Source: Alphaproteobacteria bacterium
Lineage (GTDB): Bacteria > Pseudomonadota > Alphaproteobacteria > Rs-D84
Length of the DNA: 64,000 nt
Assembly (NCBI GenBank): GCA_017463185.1
Contig: JAFTPS010000013.1
Coordinates: forward strand, 3,826-67,825
Reading direction: 5' to 3'
Shown: positions 31,624-39,958 of the stretch, piece after piece
Numbering within the stretch: the stretch's first letter is position 1
How the letters are laid out: the number at the start of each line of letters is the position of its first letter
The notes under the pieces: model-generated
Databases searched by the model: none
What the model was told of the DNA's origin: nothing
What the model saw: only the letters and a program-made list of their open reading frames with translations
Made by a program: the position numbers and the translations under genes

Positions 31624-32001
31624 ATGGCACGTATAGCAGGTGTTAACATTCCGACAGAAAAGCGCATTGAAATTGCGTTGCAATACATTCACGGTATTGG
31701 GCCAGCAAAAGCGGCACAAATTTGTGAAGCGTTGAAATTAAAAGACGGTTTGCGCGCAAAAGATTTGACGGACGCGGATGTTATCAAAATTTCTAATTAC
31801 ATAGAAGAAAACTTTAAAGTAGAAGGTGATGTTCGTCGTGAAGTTACAATGAACATTAAACGTCTGCAGGATTTGAAAACCTATCGCGGTATTCGTCATC
31901 GTAACCGTTTGCCGGTTCGTGGTCAGCGTACACAGACAAATGCTCGTACCCGCAAGGGCAAGCGCGTGGTAGTCGCTGGTTCCGCAACCAAGGGGAAATA
32001 A
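31624..32001 (+). CDS. rpsM: 30S ribosomal protein S13.
   Basis: [26 protein letters not shown]... Confidence 0.96.
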   Translation: MARIAGVNIPTEKRIEIALQYIHGIGPAKAAQICEALKLKDGLRAKDLTDADVIKISNYIEENFKVEGDVRREVTMNIKRLQDLKTYRGIRHRNRLPVRGQRTQTNARTRKGKRVVVAGSATKGK

Positions 32002-32162
32002 ATTTAATCTAATGTCATATCTGCTTGTTGGTGGCTCGCTCGTGTAGCATTTGTACACTTCGCTCGCCAACAACGGCGCATCTATAACATTATCTTAAAT
32101 TTAATAATAAGGTAGAGATTAACACCATAGTTAATTGAAGACATCTAGAAAGGTAAAATAAA

Positions 32163-32546
32163 ATGGCAGTTACAAAAGCTAAAAAGAAAGTTGTAAAAAA
32201 AGTATCGCACGGCATTGCACACGTTGTTGCGACTAATAACAATACACGTATTACAATCACAGACCAGTCTGGTGCCGTGTTGACCTGGGCCACCGCTGGG
32301 GCAAATAATTTTAAGGGCGCGAAAAAGTCCACACCATATGCCGCAACAATCGTTGCAGATGCAGTTGGTAAAAAAGTCGCCGAAATGGGTATGAAAACAG
32401 TTGATGTTTTGATGCGTGGTATTGGTCAGGGTCGTGAATCTGCTGTACGTGGATTGGCAAACGCCGGTCTGATTGTGCAGTCCATTACCGATACAACGCG
32501 TATTCCGCACAATGGGTGCCGCCCAAAGAAAGTGCGTCGCGTGTAA
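32163..32546 (+). CDS. rpsK: 30S ribosomal protein S11.
   Basis: ...GIAHVVATNNNTRITITDQSGAVLTWATAG... ending PHNGCRPKKVRRV. Confidence 0.96.
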   Translation: MAVTKAKKKVVKKVSHGIAHVVATNNNTRITITDQSGAVLTWATAGANNFKGAKKSTPYAATIVADAVGKKVAEMGMKTVDVLMRGIGQGRESAVRGLANAGLIVQSITDTTRIPHNGCRPKKVRRV

Positions 32547-32551
32547 TAAAA

Positions 32552-32578
32552 ATCCCGCCAACGGCGGGATTTTTTTTA
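32552..32578 (+). terminator. Rho-independent terminator directly after rpsK (ATCCCGCCAACGGCGGGAT plus T8).
   Basis: Strong GC hairpin plus T-run. It ends the ribosomal operon where rpoA would normally follow. Confidence 0.7.
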
Positions 32579-32667
32579 TCGTCATTCGTTATTAGTATAT
32601 TCTTTTTTGTCATTGCGAGCGAACGCGCCTGCCATACGAAGCCTTGGCGTAGTGTGGTGGCAAACCA

Positions 32668-32706
32668 GTAAATTAGTGTAAGTTGTTAGTGGATAGTGTT
32701 GAAATT
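32668..32706 (+). repeat. GTGGTTAGTG-family repeat, degenerate copy C.
   Basis: AGTAAATTAGTGTAAGTTGTTAGTGGATAGTGTTGAAAT aligns with copies at 2958 and 9768. Confidence 0.5.
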
Positions 32707-32811
32707 CCGGGGTGGGGGGGGGAAAAGATAGAAATACCAATCCCCCACCCAGGTTTTACTAATTCACTGTCGTTCATAAGTAAAACCGTCCCGCCCCACA
32801 AGGGGGCAGGG

Positions 32812-32838
32812 AAAATCCCGCCATTGGCGGGATTTTTG
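32812..32838. terminator. Bidirectional terminator (ATCCCGCCATTGGCGGGAT). Serves the minus-strand Cys-rich operon ending at 32840.
   Basis: Same stereotyped hairpin. A second hairpin CCCGCCCCACAAGGGGGCAGGG lies just upstream at 32789-32810. Confidence 0.6.
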
Positions 32839-32839
32839 A

Positions 32840-35800
32840 TTATTTACATTTCCCGGCAACGACCTGGACATTTACACGGCGACAGCTTTCGTCGTTTGGT
32901 TGCGGATAGGTTGCCTTTGGACATTCGGTCTCGCCCGCGCCACTGGTTTGTATATTGGCGGCAGGGATGGTGTTATTCTTGATCAATACATTTTTGACTG
33001 CATTGGCACGGGCCAGGGACAGACGGGGGTTGTTCCAGGTGCTGTCCTCTTTGAATTGTGTACGGTCGGTATGTCCCGTGATTTTAACACAATAGTCGTT
33101 ATTCTTTAACAAATCGCTTTGTTCCGACAATTTGTTATTAAAGTCATCTAAGAATGCTTCGGCTTTGTTGTTGCTTATCTTTGCGCTGCCACTGGCAAAA
33201 GTCGTGTCGGCCTTGATATTAATTTCAGCAATAACATCGTCTTTGGTAAGTATAGTGGCGATTTCTTCACACGTGCCGTTGTTATCCAAATCCTGATATC
33301 CGGTTTTGCAGACGCATTTATTATCTTTGATTTCTTTGTTTTCAGCGGTACTGCAAACACATTGTGCATTATCTTCAGTAAAGCCGTTGTTATAATCACA
33401 GTCGCAAATATTTTGACTGTCCGCCACCGCATATTGCGCACAGGTACAATCGGCACTGGTTGGATTTTTGACCAGGCCCGTATAGTTGCATTCTTGGGCT
33501 TTTTCAATGCATTGGCCATTGGACTTTACGCGTGGAGGCGTGCATTCACAGGCATCTTTATTTATGTTTACCGTGTATCCATTGGTACAATCCACACAAC
33601 CCTGTTCCATATTGAAATATGCATTTTCGTTTGTGCAAGTACAGTTTGGTGCGGTGCCAGACCCCGTTGTACCAGTAAACTCAGAACACTTTTTCACGGG
33701 CAGGCTGCGCTGTTCCTGTTCAACCTGTTGGAAAATTTGTTTCAATGGTTCGTATTTTGCCAGAATTTCATCTGTTTTATCTTGTTTGTTTTTTCCGGAA
33801 TTGATGGCCAGGTTTCCCGCCAAAGACGCAACCGCGCCTGTACCCGCAATGATTAAACCGGTCTTTTTCTTGTCCGCGGTGTCGGCCTTTTGTTGTGCCC
33901 AAGCCACCGCGTCCGCCGATGTTTCATCCGACAGTGCGCGTGCCAATGATGTGTATGCACCACCCGTTTTTCCGGTCGCGATATCGTCATAAAGACCGGT
34001 TTGTGTTTTGTCAAATACTACCTCGGATTCAATGCCGGGGCGCATATCCAGTGCCGTTTTGCGAATTTTCAAATCGGATGCCAATTGTAGATATTCGGCG
34101 TATAATGGTGTCAGTTCATTGCCACCCGGTAATTCAACCGCCATTTCACCGCCAACAATGTTTTTCCCCCCACCATAGTTGCAATGCATTGTGGCCAGGT
34201 ATGCTTTCATATCTTGTTCGGCATCTTCGTCGGCGGATTGTTCGGCGGACGCGGACATAGTCTGCATCAAACCAATACCGGTTGCGCCCATTCCAACCGC
34301 ACCCAATAATTTATTTTCGGTGGATTGTTCCTTGTCCTTCATTTTTTGGGCGTTTTCACGTAATTCGGCAATTTGTTTTTCCGAATCTTCTTTGGATAAT
34401 TTAGCCTTAGGATTCTCGGTGCATGATTTTTTATCATCGCTGACGCTGTACCCGCTTTTGCATTCATCAATTATGCAGACTTCTGAATTGGATGCGGTGT
34501 CAAATTCACGATGTGCCTTTTTGGCGTTTTCCGGTTTGTCAGCGCAGTCGCCCCCAATAGAAATACATGCGCCTTTTGATACCTCAAAACCACTGGCACA
34601 GGCGGTGGCATAACATTTACCTTTCTTTAATTCACCGGCGGTGGCGTTTTCAATTGCCTTTACCTGGGATTCAGAGCAGGGACCTTCGCTGACCTCGCAC
34701 TTGGTGCCGTTATTATCAGGCAAGTATCCGTCATTACACTTTTTAATTACGCAGGTCAGTTTATTATTGACCATTTCGTATTTAGCCGTTTTGACATTTG
34801 GGTCATCGTGGGTGCATGTTTCGCCCGATAACTTTTCACATTTGTTTGTGGTTTCGTTTAATTTATAATTATCGGCACATTTGGTAATTTTGCAATATGT
34901 TTTGCCGTTATCACCGCAGGCCTTGGTTGCGGCAACTGCATTCTTGGGCAGTTTGGGTTTTGTGTTGCTTGTGCAGGCTGTGTCGGTAATTGTCACACAT
35001 TTGCCAGATTTAACTTCGTAGCCGCATTTACATTCGGTTGCGATACATTGTTCTTTTTCATCAATCCCGGTTTCCACCGCATTTGGATGCTGCTTTTGTT
35101 GGTCTGCGGTACAGGATTTTAATTTTTCAATACATGCATCGCCATTTTCGTCTGGTTTCCAGCCTTCTTTACATTCCAGTACACGACAGGCCTCGTATTG
35201 GCCATTGCAATAGCGTTGGGTTTTTGTTGCGTGTTCTGGAACACTGATGCATTTTGTTCCCTTGTTGCATATACCATTTTTTAGGTCGTATCCACATTCG
35301 CATGCACTGGCAACACATTTTGTTTGTTCGCCAACCATTTGCCAGGTGGCAGCGGTTGCGTTGCTTGGTTTTTGATTACTGGTTATACAGTTCCGACCAA
35401 TATTGCTGGCTGTGATATTGACTTCATTAAGTGTTATGACAGTTGGTTTTAATTTAATTGATAATTTTGTGCTGGGGGATACAGTTGTAGTTTCATAACC
35501 CATATAGGATATTGTTATTTGCTGGTCCGCGGGGAAGTTATCCATTTTGAAAAAGCCGTTTACATCGGTGGTAGTGCCTATCTCCGTTGTTTTTTCCGGA
35601 ATAACGTGTGCACCGATAACTGGTTCACTGTTTTCGTCCAAGATAGTACCCGAAATAGTCATTGTTTCGGCAGATGTCGCCGTGTTGGCCGCATTTATAG
35701 TTGCAGAATTATTTTGACCAAATATTTGTTTGCACGCTTGGTCAATCCACTGTGTTTTTTCAGCTTCTGATACGTCTAATATTAACGTGTGGATATCATT

Positions 35801-36136
35801 ATTCTTTGCATCACATGCAATTTGCCCGTATGCGGTGGCAAAATCATTCCGTCGTTGTTCTGTAATCAGTACATCCATCGCACAGGGGGCGCAATTTTCG
35901 GGCAAATCACCAACACTACATGTATATGATTCATAGTTACATGTAAATTTATGTTGTTCTGTAAACGGTTTATTAAATTCTGCACGCAGTGGTGTTTTGC
36001 AAGAATCAGGCAGTTTGCTGTACTTAAAGGCGAGAAATCCATCTGTCTGTCTATTTTTTACACATTCGTCTGTATACGCCATTGCGGGCAGGGTAGTAAT
36101 ACCGAATATTGAAAAGAAAACTAATAATTTTTTCAT
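32840..36136 (-). CDS. Giant cysteine-rich surface protein (1098 aa). Order of parts: signal peptide, carboxypeptidase-regulatory-like beta-sandwich, C-x2-G-Y/F-x6-C repeat array, coiled coil, glycine zipper, C-terminal OmpA peptidoglycan-binding domain.
   Basis: Signal peptide MKKLLVFFSIFGITTLPAMA. TISGTILDENSEPVIGAHV...VNGFFKMDNF (CarbopepD_reg-like). At least 9 modules such as CECGYDLKNGICNKG, CKCGYEVKSGKCV, CASGFEVSKGACIS, CTNGYTVNINKDAC, CKTGYQDLDNNGTC. C-terminus ITGHTDRTQ...NPRLSLARANAVKNVL (OmpA-like). Confidence 0.65.
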   Translation of the reverse strand: MKKLLVFFSIFGITTLPAMAYTDECVKNRQTDGFLAFKYSKLPDSCKTPLRAEFNKPFTEQHKFTCNYESYTCSVGDLPENCAPCAMDVLITEQRRNDFATAYGQIACDAKNNDIHTLILDVSEAEKTQWIDQACKQIFGQNNSATINAANTATSAETMTISGTILDENSEPVIGAHVIPEKTTEIGTTTDVNGFFKMDNFPADQQITISYMGYETTTVSPSTKLSIKLKPTVITLNEVNITASNIGRNCITSNQKPSNATAATWQMVGEQTKCVASACECGYDLKNGICNKGTKCISVPEHATKTQRYCNGQYEACRVLECKEGWKPDENGDACIEKLKSCTADQQKQHPNAVETGIDEKEQCIATECKCGYEVKSGKCVTITDTACTSNTKPKLPKNAVAATKACGDNGKTYCKITKCADNYKLNETTNKCEKLSGETCTHDDPNVKTAKYEMVNNKLTCVIKKCNDGYLPDNNGTKCEVSEGPCSESQVKAIENATAGELKKGKCYATACASGFEVSKGACISIGGDCADKPENAKKAHREFDTASNSEVCIIDECKSGYSVSDDKKSCTENPKAKLSKEDSEKQIAELRENAQKMKDKEQSTENKLLGAVGMGATGIGLMQTMSASAEQSADEDAEQDMKAYLATMHCNYGGGKNIVGGEMAVELPGGNELTPLYAEYLQLASDLKIRKTALDMRPGIESEVVFDKTQTGLYDDIATGKTGGAYTSLARALSDETSADAVAWAQQKADTADKKKTGLIIAGTGAVASLAGNLAINSGKNKQDKTDEILAKYEPLKQIFQQVEQEQRSLPVKKCSEFTGTTGSGTAPNCTCTNENAYFNMEQGCVDCTNGYTVNINKDACECTPPRVKSNGQCIEKAQECNYTGLVKNPTSADCTCAQYAVADSQNICDCDYNNGFTEDNAQCVCSTAENKEIKDNKCVCKTGYQDLDNNGTCEEIATILTKDDVIAEINIKADTTFASGSAKISNNKAEAFLDDFNNKLSEQSDLLKNNDYCVKITGHTDRTQFKEDSTWNNPRLSLARANAVKNVLIKNNTIPAANIQTSGAGETECPKATYPQPNDESCRRVNVQVVAGKCK

Positions 36137-36166
36137 TTGTGTACCAACTGTTGTTATGTTGTTATT

Positions 36167-38065
36167 TTATCGTGTCCCCAGTGTGCGTGACCCCAGGTTG
36201 AAACTTGTGCCACCTGTTCCACCCAAACCAGACGATGGTTTTAATGTCGTGTTTAGCTTCAAGGTGCATTTACCATCTTTGTATTCTTGTGTTTGTGGGT
36301 CGCATTCACATAACATTGTTTTATTATTCCATTTACCGCCATTTGTACAGTCACAGGTATAAACATTCCATATCCCCTTAGCAAGTTCACAAGCAGTCTT
36401 TTGGGAACTGATATCTGCTGGTTTTTCACCATCGGCATATTCTTTACAGGTTTGTGTCCAATCGTCCCAACGGGCATTATCACCGCATTGTGGGTCTTTG
36501 CAAATGCCGTCTTCCCATTTGCCTTTGGCTTTTTTGCAATTTTTCTGGGCGGTTTTATCATCGGGACGGTCGGATGAATCATTGTCTGTACCCCCCCCTG
36601 AATCCTTTGATTTTACGCATTTATTTTTTGTGTTATCCCATGTTTTGTTGTTGTCACATTGTGCGCCAGTACATGTGTTAGTGGCAGAATCCCATGTTCC
36701 CTTTGCTTTTTCGCAACGCTTTTGGGCCTTGTCTGGTTTGTTATCGTCTTCGTCGTCATCGTCGGCGTTTTGGTCACTATCGTTGCCACTTGCGTCGGAT
36801 GCGCCGTCGCCATAGTTTTCATCATATTCTTTTTCGGCTTTTTTCAGGGCCTTTTCAGCCTTTTGACGGTCCAGTGCGCGGTCTATTGCGCCCGATGTTA
36901 TCGCGCCCACGCCCATACCAACACCGGAACCCAACATTGCCGATGATGCCGCCGTCTGGGACCGGGTCAGACGATATGCGTTTTCTTTGAATGTTGTTAC
37001 ATCTATGCCAAACCAATTTTGGGTGCAATCAAATGTTGAACCGGCGTATGCTTTCTTGGATGCAAACAGTGTGTTATCATCGCCAGCATAGAAATTCACA
37101 GTGTATACGCAATCCAGTGTACGTTCATCAAACGTTGCCCCCAGGCGTTGGCAGACCGATGCCATTTTATCGCGCAATTCATACAGGCGTTTTTCATCGG
37201 CTGCGACCTGTTTTTCCGCATCCAGGCGCAGTGTGCCAAACACATTCATTGTACGTGCGGCCAGGCCACTGTCTTGTTCGCGACAATCGTTGGCAATTTT
37301 TTTACATTTTTCAATTGCTGCATCGCCCGCCTTTTTCCCCAGGCATTTTGAAAATGTTGTACCACATTCGGTGACGATACAATCGTTATAATTATTTCCA
37401 CAATCAACAATTGCGTTATATGCGGAAATTTTTGCATTCATATCGCGGTCAGCCTTGATTTCCGCTGCAAAAATCGCGTATTCGTGCCCAGTACAGGTTA
37501 AATCACGACGGCACGCATCCATTTTTGTGCCCCACATAGTATCGGTATCGCCCGCGCATTTTGAAAAATCGTTTCCACATTTTGATTTCATACATGCACG
37601 CAACCCGGAATCACAGGAATTTGCGCCAGCGGCCACGGTTGATTTTTTTGCCGCGTCTGTTATGGATTGGGCATCCAATGCTGCACGCTGATTTCGTACC
37701 ATTTCGGCCAGGGAACTGGCCCCACCGTCCGTTCCCGATGATGTTGTTTTATCCAGAACGGTATCAAATTGGTCGGTTTTATCCTCTATTATAACTTCTT
37801 CGGCAACTTCTGTTTCCTCAACCTCTGGTTCGGTGGTGGTTGTCGTTGTTGTGGATGCAGATGTGTTATTGTTTGCCTTGTTCGTGGTGGTCATTGTTGG
37901 CATACGCGATGCGGCGGATGTATTGCCACGCGATACGGCAACGCGCCCACGCTGGGCCACAGCGGCATCAGATGTGCCGATACAAATCGTCCACACCAGG
38001 CCACAAATGGCAATGCGGGCGCAACTAAATAAAACTTTGTTAAAAAATGTTTCTGGTCTGGTCAT
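36167..38065 (-). CDS. Cysteine-rich acidic secreted protein (632 aa). Has a poly-Thr/acidic linker, helical Cys-pair modules, and C-terminal KAKG-x-W...C repeats.
   Basis: N-terminal hydrophobic anchor or signal. TTTTTTTEPEVEETEVAEEV. Repeats CEKAKGTWDSATNTCTGAQCDNNKTWDNTKNKC, CKKAKGKWEDGICKDPQCGDNARWDDWTQTC, CELAKGIWNVYTCDCTNGGKWNNKTMLCEC. Confidence 0.55.
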   Translation of the reverse strand: MTRPETFFNKVLFSCARIAICGLVWTICIGTSDAAVAQRGRVAVSRGNTSAASRMPTMTTTNKANNNTSASTTTTTTTEPEVEETEVAEEVIIEDKTDQFDTVLDKTTSSGTDGGASSLAEMVRNQRAALDAQSITDAAKKSTVAAGANSCDSGLRACMKSKCGNDFSKCAGDTDTMWGTKMDACRRDLTCTGHEYAIFAAEIKADRDMNAKISAYNAIVDCGNNYNDCIVTECGTTFSKCLGKKAGDAAIEKCKKIANDCREQDSGLAARTMNVFGTLRLDAEKQVAADEKRLYELRDKMASVCQRLGATFDERTLDCVYTVNFYAGDDNTLFASKKAYAGSTFDCTQNWFGIDVTTFKENAYRLTRSQTAASSAMLGSGVGMGVGAITSGAIDRALDRQKAEKALKKAEKEYDENYGDGASDASGNDSDQNADDDDEDDNKPDKAQKRCEKAKGTWDSATNTCTGAQCDNNKTWDNTKNKCVKSKDSGGGTDNDSSDRPDDKTAQKNCKKAKGKWEDGICKDPQCGDNARWDDWTQTCKEYADGEKPADISSQKTACELAKGIWNVYTCDCTNGGKWNNKTMLCECDPQTQEYKDGKCTLKLNTTLKPSSGLGGTGGTSFNLGSRTLGTR

Positions 38066-38087
38066 AGTGGTTCATATGCCTTTTGTA

Positions 38088-38978
38088 TTATTTAATTGTT
38101 CCGCAGGCAACTTCATAGAATTTGCACAGCAGTATTGCCATTGATTTTTCAGCCTCAAACCCGGGGGCGCATTTGTTTATCATATTGCTTTCGCATACGG
38201 TTTCAACGCATGCGTCGCGCGTGCCATTGTCCGCACAGCCCGATTTGATGTCGGCCAATTTCTTGTCACGGGCGGATTTGTATGACGCTGCCAGGTTGGT
38301 GATGTTAGCCTCTGCATTCTTTATTGCGTTATCGCGGTCGGTTGATAATTTTGTACGAATATCCGCCAGGTACGCATCGCACCCCGTGGCGGCAACACTG
38401 CATTCAGCAAAGAATTTATCAAAATCCGCGTTTTCACCGCACGCACGATAATCGCCGGTACATTTATTATCCTTTATCAGGCAAGATTTAACCTCTGACT
38501 GACAGGCGGATTGGGTTTTTGCCTTTTTCGCGGCCTTGGCCAAATTGGCCATTTCTGCCGATATCCCGGCGGCCTTGCATGATTGTTCAATCAAACTGTC
38601 GTATGTTTCGGATACATCGTCTGCGGTACAACCTGTGACCTTTTTAATACATTGTGCGGTTGCCCACGCATAGCGTTCGCCTGGGTCATCGGGTGCCTTT
38701 TTTAAATCCTTGGCTGAAATGTTATATTTCGCAGACGAGCCAACGGATACACTGCGCATACCGTTATCGGTTGGCGGTGTGCCCGCGCCGGATGTGCCGC
38801 AATACTGGCACCGGGCGGCCGGATTTGTTGATACGTTTATCGCACACGCAGAATCCAGGCATCGTGTCAAATTTGCGCGTGAACATGTCGCTGCCGCCTG
38901 GGCCGTAGCCACGCAAAGCGTCAACAGCAAAGCCATAAAGGCGGTTTTGCAATCAAAATGTAGTTTTGTGTTTTTCAT
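38088..38978 (-). CDS. Cysteine-rich secreted protein (296 aa), paralogous in style to 36167-38065 and to the partial gene at 1-1385.
   Basis: Signal peptide ...LLLTLCVATAQAAA. About 22 Cys arranged as pairs separated by Ala/Lys-rich helical segments. Confidence 0.55.
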   Translation of the reverse strand: MKNTKLHFDCKTAFMALLLTLCVATAQAAATCSRANLTRCLDSACAINVSTNPAARCQYCGTSGAGTPPTDNGMRSVSVGSSAKYNISAKDLKKAPDDPGERYAWATAQCIKKVTGCTADDVSETYDSLIEQSCKAAGISAEMANLAKAAKKAKTQSACQSEVKSCLIKDNKCTGDYRACGENADFDKFFAECSVAATGCDAYLADIRTKLSTDRDNAIKNAEANITNLAASYKSARDKKLADIKSGCADNGTRDACVETVCESNMINKCAPGFEAEKSMAILLCKFYEVACGTIK

Positions 38979-39060
38979 ATTCTCTCTTGTGCCTGATTAT
39001 ATCAAAAAAGCAAATGCAGCGCAAAGGAAAAACAGAACAACAAAAATTTTTATCAAATGA

Positions 39061-39089
39061 TTGACAAATGACAAAAGTTTGTCTATATT
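39061..39089 (+). promoter_or_regulatory. Sigma70-like promoter (TTGACA-17-TATATT) in the divergent intergenic region, driving the plus-strand genes at 39123 and 39959.
   Basis: Consensus -35, 17-nt spacer, near-consensus -10. Confidence 0.5.
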
Positions 39090-39122
39090 AAAGACATAAA
39101 ACCAATAAAAAGGATTATAAAA

Positions 39123-39839
39123 ATGGCAACACGTAGTAAAAAATGGTGGATTATTCATTGCGGTGCTGGGGTTGTGGCGGCTGTTTTGTTGGCTGTCAGC
39201 ATAACACAGTGCAGTGGTAAAAAATCCGAACGTCACGAGAAAGAAAAAGCGCAGACAGAAGTTGCAGGTGCGGCTGAAAAATTAAATAAAGCGGCGGCAA
39301 GAATTGACAGTTTGTTAAATGTCAATCGTGGCTTGGGTCAAGATAATCGTGCCAAGGCGGATACAATTCGTATGCAACGTGATTCTATTGCGACATTGAA
39401 TGATTCAATTGTTGTGCTGAATGATTCCTTGGGGGTTGTGAACGGCCAGTTGACTGATTGTCGCAATGGCCAAAGAAAGCCGACCAAGCCGACTAAACCA
39501 ACAAAGCCATGCAAACCATGTCGCCCGGCTAAACCAACAAAGCCGGTTGTGGTAAAGCCTGACACACTTGTTGTTGTGGTCGGTCCCGATTCTGTTGCAC
39601 GTGGTGGCAATGTGCGTGTGGAAATGGACAATTCCCGCAATAATGGCAATGTTGTGATTGCGCCAACAAATGTCAATCAAACAGAAGTTGTTTTGCGCGA
39701 CGGCAGTGTAAATAATGGCAATATTGTTGTTGGCAACAATAACAATGTTGTTGTGAATAATATTGCTGATACTTTGCGTGCGTACCAGTCATCTTGTGCC
39801 AAGATAAAGGTGACAAAACGCATTGTTCGCGTCAAATAA
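39123..39839 (+). CDS. Membrane-anchored coiled-coil protein with a K-P-T repeat linker.
   Basis: N-terminal TM (WWIIHCGAGVVAAVLLAVSI). Coiled-coil segment. KPTKPTKPTKPCKPCRPAKPTKPVVVKPDT. Asn/Val-rich tail. Confidence 0.5.
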   Translation: MATRSKKWWIIHCGAGVVAAVLLAVSITQCSGKKSERHEKEKAQTEVAGAAEKLNKAAARIDSLLNVNRGLGQDNRAKADTIRMQRDSIATLNDSIVVLNDSLGVVNGQLTDCRNGQRKPTKPTKPTKPCKPCRPAKPTKPVVVKPDTLVVVVGPDSVARGGNVRVEMDNSRNNGNVVIAPTNVNQTEVVLRDGSVNNGNIVVGNNNNVVVNNIADTLRAYQSSCAKIKVTKRIVRVK

Positions 39840-39958
39840 TTTATTCATTGTTTGTCCTTTGTTTCGGTCCGCAGTTTTGCGGACTTTTTTTTATGCGTTT
39901 TTTATCTGGACAGATAACGGGGGCTGTGATAACATTTATTTGTATAGAGAGAATATAT

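Noticed and set aside
36167-38978. Numerous 60-130-aa ORFs on the plus strand inside the Cys-rich genes (36454, 36498, 36659, 37101 and others)
   Set aside because: They are antisense to long intact signal-peptide genes, overlap each other in several frames, and are Cys/Arg/His-rich low-complexity translations. They are artefacts of GC-rich codon usage on the opposite strand.
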